A stretch of 64,000 nt of DNA, taken from contig JANXAC010000006.1 of NCBI GenBank assembly GCA_025061835.1, positions 33,181 through 97,180 on the forward strand. Reading direction: 5' to 3'. Below, in pieces: positions 1 to 9,251 of the stretch. Numbering within the stretch: position 1 is the stretch's first letter; each line of letters opens with the position of its first letter. The notes beneath the pieces are model-generated. The model was not told the origin of the DNA. It saw only the letters and a program-made list of their open reading frames with translations, and did not search any database. A program made the translations under genes and the position numbers. Origin of the DNA: Spirochaetota bacterium. GTDB taxonomy: Bacteria > Spirochaetota > Brevinematia > DTOW01.

Positions 1-566
1 TTGTTAAGTATTTCCGAATTAAACATCTTAATTATTCTATCTAACGAGGAGTCAATGCTTATCTTACCTTGCTTGACGATAACCCCACCATCAATGATGC
101 CTTCGTAAAGTTCTAAATTGAACCCCAATTCTTTGAGTTTTTTCTTAACATCCTCTCCATAGATTTGAATGTCTCTTTTGGATAGAACTACAACTGTTCC
201 ATCCACAGATGATAGCATAGACAATGACTTTGTAATTACGCTAATAATAATGTCTATGTAATTGCTCATTGATAATATTCTCTCCTTTACTAACTTAACA
301 ACCTCATCATAAAGTTCATCAACGACCTTACTTATGGTTTCATTCAAGTGCTTATTCGCTTCTGAATCTATTGATAACTTTTCAAGAGTTAGTCTTCTGT
401 TGTATTCATCCGTCAGAGATTTCATCTTTATTTCAAATTCATCATCTATTCTAGACTTGGCATCTTTAAGAATGCTTTCTCTTTCGGATTTTGCATTCTG
501 AATTATTTGTGAAATCTCCTTTTCAACTTCGTTTTTAACAACATCCACTATCTTATCAATGGACAT
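1..566 (-). CDS. V/A-type ATP synthase subunit E (runs off the window start)
   Basis: Not in the ORF track. GGAGG SD then ATG at 566: MSIDKIVDVVKNEVEKEISQIIQNAKSERESIL...IIDGGVIVKQGKISIDSSLD. N-terminal coiled coil and GG..IDxS motif; directly downstream of subunit F. Confidence 0.8.
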   Translation of the reverse strand, partial: MSIDKIVDVVKNEVEKEISQIIQNAKSERESILKDAKSRIDDEFEIKMKSLTDEYNRRLTLEKLSIDSEANKHLNETISKVVDELYDEVVKLVKERILSMSNYIDIIISVITKSLSMLSSVDGTVVVLSKRDIQIYGEDVKKKLKELGFNLELYEGIIDGGVIVKQGKISIDSSLDRIIKMFNSEILN

Positions 567-575
567 ATATACCTC

Positions 576-905
576 CTACAATCTTATGCCTATAGTCTCT
601 CTAATTATTCTCTTTATCATAGACTCATAGTCTTCATAACTGTCTATATTATATATAGGATCCACCTCAACGATAGAAGGTCTGCTGTTTGTAAGTATAA
701 AGTCTTCAAGGTCTCTCTTGATCTTTGAGGATATGTTCTTTGAAATAAGAACCGAGAAAATGTTTTTATTCTTCTTGATTTCATAGATCTCTGACATAAC
801 TCTATCAGAAAGATTTGAGTCATTAGGATTAACTTGTATGGTCAAAACACCTAGAAACTTAAACACCTCTGAAGTATGTTTATCAAATATCCCTACTATC
901 TTCAT
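576..905 (-). CDS. V/A-type ATP synthase subunit F
   Basis: MKIVGIFDKHTSEVFKFLGV...PSIVEV...IRETIGIRL matches the subunit F pattern; start moved to ATG 905. Confidence 0.8.
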   Translation of the reverse strand: MKIVGIFDKHTSEVFKFLGVLTIQVNPNDSNLSDRVMSEIYEIKKNKNIFSVLISKNISSKIKRDLEDFILTNSRPSIVEVDPIYNIDSYEDYESMIKRIIRETIGIRL

Positions 906-1219
906 AACTAGGATTATTTTCAATGAAATTTCCATTTGTTTTCAATTGAAATTGAGCCTTTTCAAAAAATTTAGGTGCTCCTATTACATTAGGAATACTT
1001 TCGTATAGAAAAGTGAGAGAAGTTGTAAAGAGAAAACTGATAGCAGATACCCAAACCACAAACATACACCACTTTTTGAAGGATTTTGTGATGTTTGAAG
1101 AGAACAAGAATAAAGATTTTGTATTTTTGGTTTTTTACTACACTTGCCGAGAGGTATTTATTTAGGATCACAAGTACTCATAAGCGTTATATACATCTTT
1201 TGAACATATTTGAAAAAAG

Positions 1220-1248
1220 TTGATAGAAATCAAAACTTTTCTTAAACT
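1220..1248 (+). promoter_or_regulatory. sigma70-like promoter, leaderless configuration
   Basis: TTGATA-17nt-TAAACT, 6 nt before ATG 1255, no SD. Confidence 0.55.
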
Positions 1249-1254
1249 ATTGAT

Positions 1255-1965
1255 ATGATTGATTTTAAGAAAATTGACCTTAACAACATACAAATTCCAC
1301 CATCAATTCTTGTAGGTTCTGTTACAGGTTTGTTAATAGGTTTAACAGTTGGTATAGTGAACGGAGGAGCATTAATTGAAGTAATATTCAGGTCTCTCTT
1401 GAGTGCAATCATACTTGGTGGTGTATTATTTGGAATAGAGCAATTATTAAGAAGATTTGCATCGGAGATTTTTGAACAACCTAGCAGGAGTAATAGTGTG
1501 AATATTAGGGAAGAAGACGATGATATTTCTATATCCGATATATATTCAGATAAATCTAATGAAGTTGAGGCTAATGAGGATATGAATTACGGTATTACCG
1601 AGCCAGAATACCAAGAAAACGATAATAGCATAAGTTCATCTATGGACTTTTCTGAAAGTAATGTATTCGGTGAGTTTTCTAGCACAGACGAAGATGTTAA
1701 TATAGGTAAGATTACAGATGATACTTCAAACTATAGAGATGAAATTATTGAAGGAGGATTTTCCAGTTTCAATTACGAGGGTGAGGATAAAGGATATTAC
1801 AAACCAAATTACCAAGACTTGTCATCGGCGGAGCTAGGTGTAACAAAGCAATCTAAAGTAGGTGTAACAGAGGACTTCATAATCCTATCTAAGGGTAAGC
1901 CAATACCTAGAGATCCCAAGAAGATGGCTGAAGCTATAAGAACCAAACTAAAGGAAGAGAAGTAA
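1255..1965 (+). CDS. membrane protein with two N-terminal TM helices and an acidic linker (spirochaete-type hypothetical)
   Basis: Two hydrophobic helices, D/E-rich middle, C-terminal DPKKMAEAIRT motif. Confidence 0.7.
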   Translation: MIDFKKIDLNNIQIPPSILVGSVTGLLIGLTVGIVNGGALIEVIFRSLLSAIILGGVLFGIEQLLRRFASEIFEQPSRSNSVNIREEDDDISISDIYSDKSNEVEANEDMNYGITEPEYQENDNSISSSMDFSESNVFGEFSSTDEDVNIGKITDDTSNYRDEIIEGGFSSFNYEGEDKGYYKPNYQDLSSAELGVTKQSKVGVTEDFIILSKGKPIPRDPKKMAEAIRTKLKEEK

Positions 1966-3018
1966 AATCAGAACTGTAGCTACGCCTACACCTATCAATA
2001 GTATGTTTACAATCCAAAATACCATAGATACATCCTTCTCTCTTTCCACAGTATCTTCTTCAAACTGACTTCGGTCAGAGTAATCTTGGGGTGGAGTTTT
2101 TTGGATATCAAGGCTAACATAAGTTGTATCAACCTTTTCAGGAAGTATAACACTTTTAGTCCTTATCTTAACATCTTTTTTTATTATAAAACTACCCAAA
2201 AATCCTGGTCCAATCTCAACATCAAATAGCAGTCTATCATTTTCTAACTCTTGAACCGCAACCACTCTGCCAAGTGTTATACCATCACCTTTGACAAAAG
2301 ATCTTGATACCTCATCAGTATCATTAATTTTCACATATATTTCATTTCCAGCTCTGATTGAACCAGCAGTGATACCATCAATCGGAGACAAGATTGGTTG
2401 TATTGAAATGTCAGATATTGAGATAGTTGTTAATGCTTTCTCATCATCCAAAAATCTCAGACTTTCTGGCATTTCAATTTTCGCATCCTTAAGAAACTTA
2501 TAAAAATTAAAAACATCAGTTCTATCGATTGAGAACCTAACAATTGTGTTAGGGTCTCCAAAAACTAGAGGGACATAAGTATATAAAAACCTTTTTATAT
2601 CTAGTTGCGTCTTGTCTTCAGACAGAACTTTTATCAATGTCTGAACAAACTTTGCGTCAGATAACAATAACTTTTCCGCCTTTGCTGATAAGTCTGGATC
2701 TATCTGTAAGGTTCTATACTCACTAGAAACCTTTGATATTATATCAAACCAGTTCATTTCTATGTTGATCTTGGTTATTTCAGGAGAGACTGATATGTAA
2801 GCCCTTACTAGATCTACCTTTTTCGCTTTCAAATTAACGAACACAAGAGCAATACCAGAGTAAAGAGAAAAAGAAAATTTTAATTTCACTACTGGGATGT
2901 CCTTTTTCAGTGAATTCAAAACCATGTAAATTCTTTCAACATCGCCCTGAAAGTGCGATAATAAGAAGTTAGCTATCTTTTCAGGGATACCTCTACTAAC
3001 AAGGTCTTCAGTTCTCAT
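1948..3018 (-). CDS. hypothetical protein with C-terminal membrane anchor (DUF4899-like region)
   Basis: 356-aa ORF; PILSPIDG...GNEIYVKI segment; C-terminal TM helix. Confidence 0.6.
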   Translation of the reverse strand: MRTEDLVSRGIPEKIANFLLSHFQGDVERIYMVLNSLKKDIPVVKLKFSFSLYSGIALVFVNLKAKKVDLVRAYISVSPEITKINIEMNWFDIISKVSSEYRTLQIDPDLSAKAEKLLLSDAKFVQTLIKVLSEDKTQLDIKRFLYTYVPLVFGDPNTIVRFSIDRTDVFNFYKFLKDAKIEMPESLRFLDDEKALTTISISDISIQPILSPIDGITAGSIRAGNEIYVKINDTDEVSRSFVKGDGITLGRVVAVQELENDRLLFDVEIGPGFLGSFIIKKDVKIRTKSVILPEKVDTTYVSLDIQKTPPQDYSDRSQFEEDTVEREKDVSMVFWIVNILLIGVGVATVLILLLFL

Positions 3019-3025
3019 ATCATAA

Positions 3026-3054
3026 ATTTTATGTGACTAAATGGAAGTTTTCAA
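3026..3054 (-). promoter_or_regulatory. sigma70-like promoter, leaderless configuration
   Basis: Minus strand TTGAAA-17nt-TAAAAT, 7 nt before ATG 3018, no SD. Confidence 0.55.
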
Positions 3055-3133
3055 TAATCTTGGAAGATGTTCCCTAACCTTCATGTTTTATTGAAAGTTC
3101 AAAAGCAAGTTCTATAAAATAATTCAACATACT

Positions 3134-3208
3134 GGGGTTGTAGCTCAGCCTGGTCAGAGCGCCGGTCTGTCACACCGGAGGCCGCGGGTTCAAGTCCCGT
3201 CAACCCCG
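3134..3208 (+). tRNA. tRNA-Asp(GUC), CCA not encoded
   Basis: GGGGTTG/CAACCCC acceptor stem, TAGCTCAG D-arm, CCGGT-CTGTCAC-ACCGG anticodon arm, GGTTCAAGTCC T-arm. Confidence 0.97.
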
Positions 3209-3250
3209 ATCCATTTTACTTTACTTCTGTTGCTAACGAAAATTCACTGT

Positions 3251-4171
3251 ATGAACAAAGATTTCGTTTCTTCCAATGACATATCCCCTGACGAAATACA
3301 AAAAGTATTTTCACTTTCAGCAAGGTTAAAAAAAAATCGCCTACTCTACAAAAACTTAATTTCAAACAAAACGATAATAATGATATTTGACAAACCATCA
3401 ACCAGGACAAAAATATCTTTTTTCGTCGGGATAAAGGAACTTGGTGGTGAAGTTGTATCTCTAAACTCCTCTGAACTTCAGATAGGAAGAGGAGAAACGA
3501 TAGAAGATACTGCCAGAACATTGTCAAGGTATGCTCACGGTATCATAATAAGAACATTTGAACAAAAAACTGTTGAATTGCTGGCAAAAAACTTTAGATA
3601 CCCTGTTATAAACGCTCTGACAAACCATGAACACCCGTGTCAGGCTATATCTGATGCCTTCACAATATATGAGAAGTTTGGGAATTTTAACCTTAAATTA
3701 TCCTTTTTAGGGGACTTTAATAATGTTGCATACTCACTATTCATAATCCTAGCAAAACTCAAAATAAAAGAATTATGTTTCTCAGGACCTGAGAAGATGT
3801 TTGACAAGGATTTTGAGAACAAAATAAAGACTATCTCTGAAGGTAAAACAAACTTCTACTACGAAAATGACCCAAAGAAGGCAGTAAAATCTGCAGATAT
3901 AATATACACCGATGTGTGGGTTAGTATGGGTTTTGAAGATAAGGAGAAAGACAAGGAAAGTAAGATGTATCCATACCAAGTTAATTCTGAACTTATATCT
4001 TTAACTGGTAAGAACACACTCTTCATGCACTGTCTCCCAGCTAAAAGAGGAAAGGAAGTTAGCGACGATGTTATAGACTCCAGTGCTTCAATAGTTTTTG
4101 ATCAAGCGGAGAACAGGTTACACACTCAAAAGGCACTTATGGTTTTACTATACAAAGACAAAGATTTCTAA
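3251..4171 (+). CDS. argF: ornithine carbamoyltransferase
   Basis: STRT, HPCQ, WVSMG and HCLP motifs. Confidence 0.95.
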   Translation: MNKDFVSSNDISPDEIQKVFSLSARLKKNRLLYKNLISNKTIIMIFDKPSTRTKISFFVGIKELGGEVVSLNSSELQIGRGETIEDTARTLSRYAHGIIIRTFEQKTVELLAKNFRYPVINALTNHEHPCQAISDAFTIYEKFGNFNLKLSFLGDFNNVAYSLFIILAKLKIKELCFSGPEKMFDKDFENKIKTISEGKTNFYYENDPKKAVKSADIIYTDVWVSMGFEDKEKDKESKMYPYQVNSELISLTGKNTLFMHCLPAKRGKEVSDDVIDSSASIVFDQAENRLHTQKALMVLLYKDKDF

Positions 4172-6579
4172 AACTTAAGATAGTCATCCCTAAAATCGCT
4201 AAAATCATCGCTTTTAAGAAAATCTTTGTCCTTCTTTTCCTCAAACTTTAGAATATCCTCATCTTTGGTTTTTGCATAATCTTTGAGGTGTATATCACAC
4301 TTATCGGTAGGTTCCGTCCCTGTAAGGAAGTATTCAACTCTTACCTTATTACACAAAGGTGTTGCTAGCTTGCCTGACTCTTCACAGATTTCAGCTGAAG
4401 ATATACCTGATTGATAAGGTATATCAATACTTGGAACAGTCCTGTTTCTGTATATATCTCTCATATACTCCCCAAAAGCCGGAGCGGCAATCCTACCTCC
4501 TACCATACCTCGCCCCATTGATATAGTAGATTTATCAAAACCATACCATATTGCCGTTACAAGTCCATCACCTGTAAAACCTATGAACCATGCATCTCTC
4601 CAATAAGAAGTTGTCCCCGTTTTCCCTGCAACATCACCGTAGAAGCCAACAGACCTTACCATAGCACCTGTCCCCCTATTTACAGCATCTCTCATCATTG
4701 ACGTTACTATGAAAGCGGTTTGAGGAGATATTACCTGAACAGGCGATCTATCAATCTCCTTTGTCAAATCTCTCACGACTCTACCATACTTATCTTCTAT
4801 TCTTAGTATCATCACTGGTTGAACCCTCGTTCCACCTCTCGGGAATACTGTTGTTGCAACAGCGAGTTCAAGTGGAGACACTTCAACTATACCCAACGCT
4901 GATGCCATGCTACTTACAAATTTAACAGTATCTTCATCAGACAGGTCAAAAAACTTTTTTGTATAATTTCTCAAAATTCCAAGTCCTATCCTATCTAGAA
5001 CTTTGACACTTACAATGTTGAGAGAGAGTCTCAAAGCATCGCGTAGTGTAACTTGTCCAACATAATCTCCTTCATAGTTCTTAGGCGACCATACTCTACC
5101 CGCAAACCTATACTCAATAGGTTCATCAACAAATGCAGTTGCCGATGTTATCAACTTTGCATCAATACCGGCAGAGTAAAGAAATGGCTTGAATGTTGAA
5201 CCAAGCTGTCTCTTTGCTTGAATGGCTCTGTTAAACCTATTTAGCGGTGAAAACTCGCTACCACCTACCATAGCTTCAACATATCCGTTCTTTGAGTCTA
5301 TGCTAACAAGAGCACACTCAATCCTATTCTCTTTTACCTTTGTCTCTGATATACTCAAAAATAGACTCTGCGAATTAGCTCTTATCTTCTCTGAACCATA
5401 CATCTCTGAGATTAAAAAAGTTATATAATAGAGATCCTTCAAACTCTTCTTCGTTTCCATAATCCTACTTGATGTTTTTACTTTGAGTATAGGGATCAAT
5501 TCACTGATACTCCATATCAGGTCAACATAGTGTTGGTTTGCCCTTATTGCTTGTGAAGTTATTTCTTCATAACCTCTCTGAGCTATGTCTCTGTATTTGA
5601 GGACATATTTTTCTGCCGCTATCTGTTTATCAAGGTCAATTGTGGTATATACTCTATAGCCAGATTTATACACCGCTTCATCTCCAAACATTTTTGCAAT
5701 AACCTGCCTCACATACTCAACAAAGAACGGTGCTACCTGCTGGTTATTAACCACATTTAGTTTAAGAGTATCAACCCTTGGTAGATATTTACTCCAGAAT
5801 TCTGAATACAACCTATCAACTTCACTTTCTGATACAAACCCCAAAGATGCCATTCTTTTCAAGACTAGGTATTGACGCTTCTGAGCATTCGGAACATTGA
5901 CAAAAGGCGAATACAAATGTGGTCCTTTAGGTATTGCAGCAAGTAACGCAGCCTCTGCTACATCAAGACTACTAACACTCTTACCAAAGTATATTCTAGA
6001 CGCTGTTTCTACACCATATGCCCCATATCCAAAATATATCTGATTAAGATATATCTCCATTATCTCCTGTTTTGAATATTCCTTCTCTATCTGGAGTGCA
6101 TACCACATTTCAACGATCTTTCTGAATATATTTCTATCACCCGATGTATATATTCTTTTCGCCAACTGTTGTGTTATCGTGCTAGCACCCTCTCTTATCC
6201 TTCCCGAAAGTATATTCTTTATCATAGCCTTTACAATTCTTGGAATACTTATACCTCTATGGTAAAAGAAATCCTCATCTTCTACTGCTATGAATGCGTT
6301 TATAACATTTCTTGATATCTGATTGAATGATACAGGAATCCTTCTCTCAACAAACAATTCGGATATTAGCCTTCCATTACGATCATATACTCTTGTTGGT
6401 TCAGGTATAGCAAGGTATCTTAGATTCTTAACATCATCAGGATTGTAGAGAGAAATTATAAGAATACCAAAAAATACACCCGAGAATATAGAGAATATAA
6501 CAAATGATATAACAATAAATACCACGAGTTTCTTAAGTGTTATATTAGGTAGGAAGAGCGAAACGATTCTCCTTATCAT
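4168..6579 (-). CDS. class A penicillin-binding protein (PBP1A family)
   Basis: EDxxFxxHxG and GASTITQQLAK transglycosylase motifs; STFK, SLN and KTGT transpeptidase motifs; Cys-containing C-terminal domain. Confidence 0.95.
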   Translation of the reverse strand: MIRRIVSLFLPNITLKKLVVFIVISFVIFSIFSGVFFGILIISLYNPDDVKNLRYLAIPEPTRVYDRNGRLISELFVERRIPVSFNQISRNVINAFIAVEDEDFFYHRGISIPRIVKAMIKNILSGRIREGASTITQQLAKRIYTSGDRNIFRKIVEMWYALQIEKEYSKQEIMEIYLNQIYFGYGAYGVETASRIYFGKSVSSLDVAEAALLAAIPKGPHLYSPFVNVPNAQKRQYLVLKRMASLGFVSESEVDRLYSEFWSKYLPRVDTLKLNVVNNQQVAPFFVEYVRQVIAKMFGDEAVYKSGYRVYTTIDLDKQIAAEKYVLKYRDIAQRGYEEITSQAIRANQHYVDLIWSISELIPILKVKTSSRIMETKKSLKDLYYITFLISEMYGSEKIRANSQSLFLSISETKVKENRIECALVSIDSKNGYVEAMVGGSEFSPLNRFNRAIQAKRQLGSTFKPFLYSAGIDAKLITSATAFVDEPIEYRFAGRVWSPKNYEGDYVGQVTLRDALRLSLNIVSVKVLDRIGLGILRNYTKKFFDLSDEDTVKFVSSMASALGIVEVSPLELAVATTVFPRGGTRVQPVMILRIEDKYGRVVRDLTKEIDRSPVQVISPQTAFIVTSMMRDAVNRGTGAMVRSVGFYGDVAGKTGTTSYWRDAWFIGFTGDGLVTAIWYGFDKSTISMGRGMVGGRIAAPAFGEYMRDIYRNRTVPSIDIPYQSGISSAEICEESGKLATPLCNKVRVEYFLTGTEPTDKCDIHLKDYAKTKDEDILKFEEKKDKDFLKSDDFSDFRDDYLKF

Positions 6580-6789
6580 AAAGGACCCCAACGCTAAAAA
6601 TAGTATAAATCAGATCTAATCTCGGAATAAAGAAAACAATAAATTTCAGAATAGTCAAAATCAATAAGTTCGCAAAACAAACAGATTTAGATAGAAGTTT
6701 ACAAATGCTAAATCTTATATTTGTGCTGTCTAACCGAAATTGAATTACAGGTGTTATATAGTTATAATTTATTAAACAGGAGACATAGT

Positions 6790-8076
6790 ATGCCAAAAGA
6801 TAAGAAGAAAGAGGAAAGCAATCTTACTTGTTCATTCTGTGGCAAAACATCAGATACGATAAGGATAATAAAAGGCGAGAATGCTAACATATGCGAGGAA
6901 TGTATAAAAGTATGTAATTTCATACTTGAAAATGAAAGCAAAACCGTTACACCAACCAAGATAATAAAAAGATTATATAAACCAGTTGAGATAAAGAAGA
7001 TCTTGGACCAATACATCGTAGGACAGGATCATGCGAAGAAAATTCTATCCGTTGCGGTTTATAATCACTACAAAAGGCTTATATCCGAGGAGATAGGCTT
7101 CAGTGGTGATGTTGAGATTGAGAAGAGTAATATAATGATGATAGGACCTACCGGTAGTGGCAAAACTTATATGGCTAGGATACTAGCAAAGATTCTTGAT
7201 GTCCCCTTTGCGATAGCAGATGCAACTACACTGACCGAGGCAGGATATGTCGGAGATGATGTTGAGAATGTTCTTTTAAGACTCATCCTGAATGCCGGTA
7301 ACGGTGAGATAACAGATGAAGCGATAGAAAAAGCACAAATGGGGATAGTGTATATAGACGAGATTGATAAAATCTCAAGGAAGAGTGAAAGTCCTTCAAT
7401 CACAAGAGATGTATCAGGTGAAGGCGTCCAGCAAGCACTACTCAAACTTATGGAAGGAACGATAGCATCCGTTCCTCCACAAGGAGGAAGAAAACATCCT
7501 AACCAAAAACCGATATATGTTGATACAAAGAATATTCTCTTCATTGTCGGAGGGGCATTCGTAGGTCTTGAAGATATAATAATGAAAAGGCTTGGTAAGA
7601 ATAAGATAGGTTTTGTGAATGAGGGCAGGAAGGAGAAAGTTCAAACAGAAAATATTTTCACACAAGTTTTACCAGAGGATTTAATAAAGTATGGAATGAT
7701 ACCAGAATTCGTGGGAAGAACACCAGTGATTGCAGTATTCAACGAACTCACAGAAGAAGAACTTAAAAAGATACTTATAGAACCTAAAAATGCAATCGTA
7801 AAACAGTATCAGAAGATGTTTGAGTATGAGGGCGTTGACCTGACTTTTACTGAAGATGCACTTGATGAAATTGTTAAACTTGCGAAAGAAAGGAAAACAG
7901 GTGCTAGAGCCCTAAGAAGCATAATAGAAGACATAATGTTAAACATCATGTTTGAGGTGCCATCAATAGAAGGTATTAAGGAATGTATAGTTGATAAAGA
8001 AGTCGTAGCAGAAAAGAAATATCCGAAACTCATTTACTACAAGGATGAGCCAAAATCCAAAGCAAAGTCTGCATAG
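6790..8076 (+). CDS. clpX: ATP-dependent Clp protease ATP-binding subunit ClpX
   Basis: CSFC/CEEC zinc finger, [25 protein letters not shown] loop; AGGAG SD before ATG 6790. Confidence 0.97.
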   Translation: MPKDKKKEESNLTCSFCGKTSDTIRIIKGENANICEECIKVCNFILENESKTVTPTKIIKRLYKPVEIKKILDQYIVGQDHAKKILSVAVYNHYKRLISEEIGFSGDVEIEKSNIMMIGPTGSGKTYMARILAKILDVPFAIADATTLTEAGYVGDDVENVLLRLILNAGNGEITDEAIEKAQMGIVYIDEIDKISRKSESPSITRDVSGEGVQQALLKLMEGTIASVPPQGGRKHPNQKPIYVDTKNILFIVGGAFVGLEDIIMKRLGKNKIGFVNEGRKEKVQTENIFTQVLPEDLIKYGMIPEFVGRTPVIAVFNELTEEELKKILIEPKNAIVKQYQKMFEYEGVDLTFTEDALDEIVKLAKERKTGARALRSIIEDIMLNIMFEVPSIEGIKECIVDKEVVAEKKYPKLIYYKDEPKSKAKSA

Positions 8077-8086
8077 GAGATGTTAG

Positions 8087-8935
8087 ATGGAAGTAAAACT
8101 TATTGACTACTCCGCAGGACCTATAGAAAAACTCTACGCAGCATTTAGAACTTGTTATTCACAGAAGACACCTATTGAGATTTGGAATGAGATAAACTCA
8201 GGTGCTATACCGAAGGATAAGATAAAAACCTTCATTGAGGAGAGGCTTAAAACCGGTCATGCTTCACCGCTTGAGCAAGTTGTATTTTGGTTCGCAGTGG
8301 CAGGAATATCAAGGAGTTGCTCTCATCAACTCGTAAGACACCACATAGGGATAAGTTTTGAACAGCAATCCCAAAGGTATGTCAAATACAAAGAGGATAC
8401 ACTAGAATACGTTACTCCTAACACAATAAAGTCAAACAAAGAAGTTTATGAGAGATACCAAAAAGTGCTTAAGGATATAAGCGACTTTTACAGATTTGCT
8501 CTTGATAGCGGAATACCGGCAGAAGATGCAAGGTTCATACTTCCTAACGCAACTCCGACAAATTTTCACATACTCGTGAATTTCAGAGAATTACAACATA
8601 TAGCCGATTTGAGACTTTGTACAAGAGCACAGTGGGAGATACGACAACTTGTCGCAAAAATGCGCAGTGAAATAATGAAAGTTATCCCAGAATTAGGAAA
8701 GTATCTCCAGCCAAAGTGTGGAGAATACAGACTGGGCTATTGCGATGAAGAATACAAAGAGTATGTGAAATGTCCTATTTCAAAGGTAAGACCTCACAAG
8801 GATGACCTCTTTAGGATTTACAACGACTATGTAAAATCAAAACAAACTGAAAAGTCTGAAGCGAAGCCTTTATCTGAAGAACACTTTAATATAATTGAGG
8901 AGCGAGCATACCCAAATGAGAATGAGTTGTATTAG
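8087..8935 (+). CDS. thyX: FAD-dependent thymidylate synthase
   Basis: GHASPLEQ, SRSCSHQLVRH..SFEQQSQRY, EDARFILP and RAQWEIR motifs. Confidence 0.92.
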   Translation: MEVKLIDYSAGPIEKLYAAFRTCYSQKTPIEIWNEINSGAIPKDKIKTFIEERLKTGHASPLEQVVFWFAVAGISRSCSHQLVRHHIGISFEQQSQRYVKYKEDTLEYVTPNTIKSNKEVYERYQKVLKDISDFYRFALDSGIPAEDARFILPNATPTNFHILVNFRELQHIADLRLCTRAQWEIRQLVAKMRSEIMKVIPELGKYLQPKCGEYRLGYCDEEYKEYVKCPISKVRPHKDDLFRIYNDYVKSKQTEKSEAKPLSEEHFNIIEERAYPNENELY

Positions 8936-9251
8936 GTAGATCATCAAAATTCCAAAATTTAGCATCAGTTTCTAGAGGTCTAGGAAAGGTATAATCCTAC
9001 AGATTTTAATGTTATCTCCTAGAAGTGTCTAAGACCGCTTTCTGTATCCTTGCTTTTTTAAAATTCTATGAGCGATTTACTAGATATTCTATGAGAGATT
9101 ATCTGAAGCCTTAATTTTCACTTATATGATGACATGTTAGTATCTGAGAAGTTTCGCGAGGAGTCTAATTCTTACTTACTACTATGACTAAAACAAGGAT
9201 TAAGATTCTCTCTAATCTATAACCCAGTCGCTTAAAAAATTTATCCAATCT

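Noticed and set aside
3134..3250. tRNA-Asp as an integration site
   Set aside because: No integrase or duplicated tRNA 3' end seen; argF follows directly.
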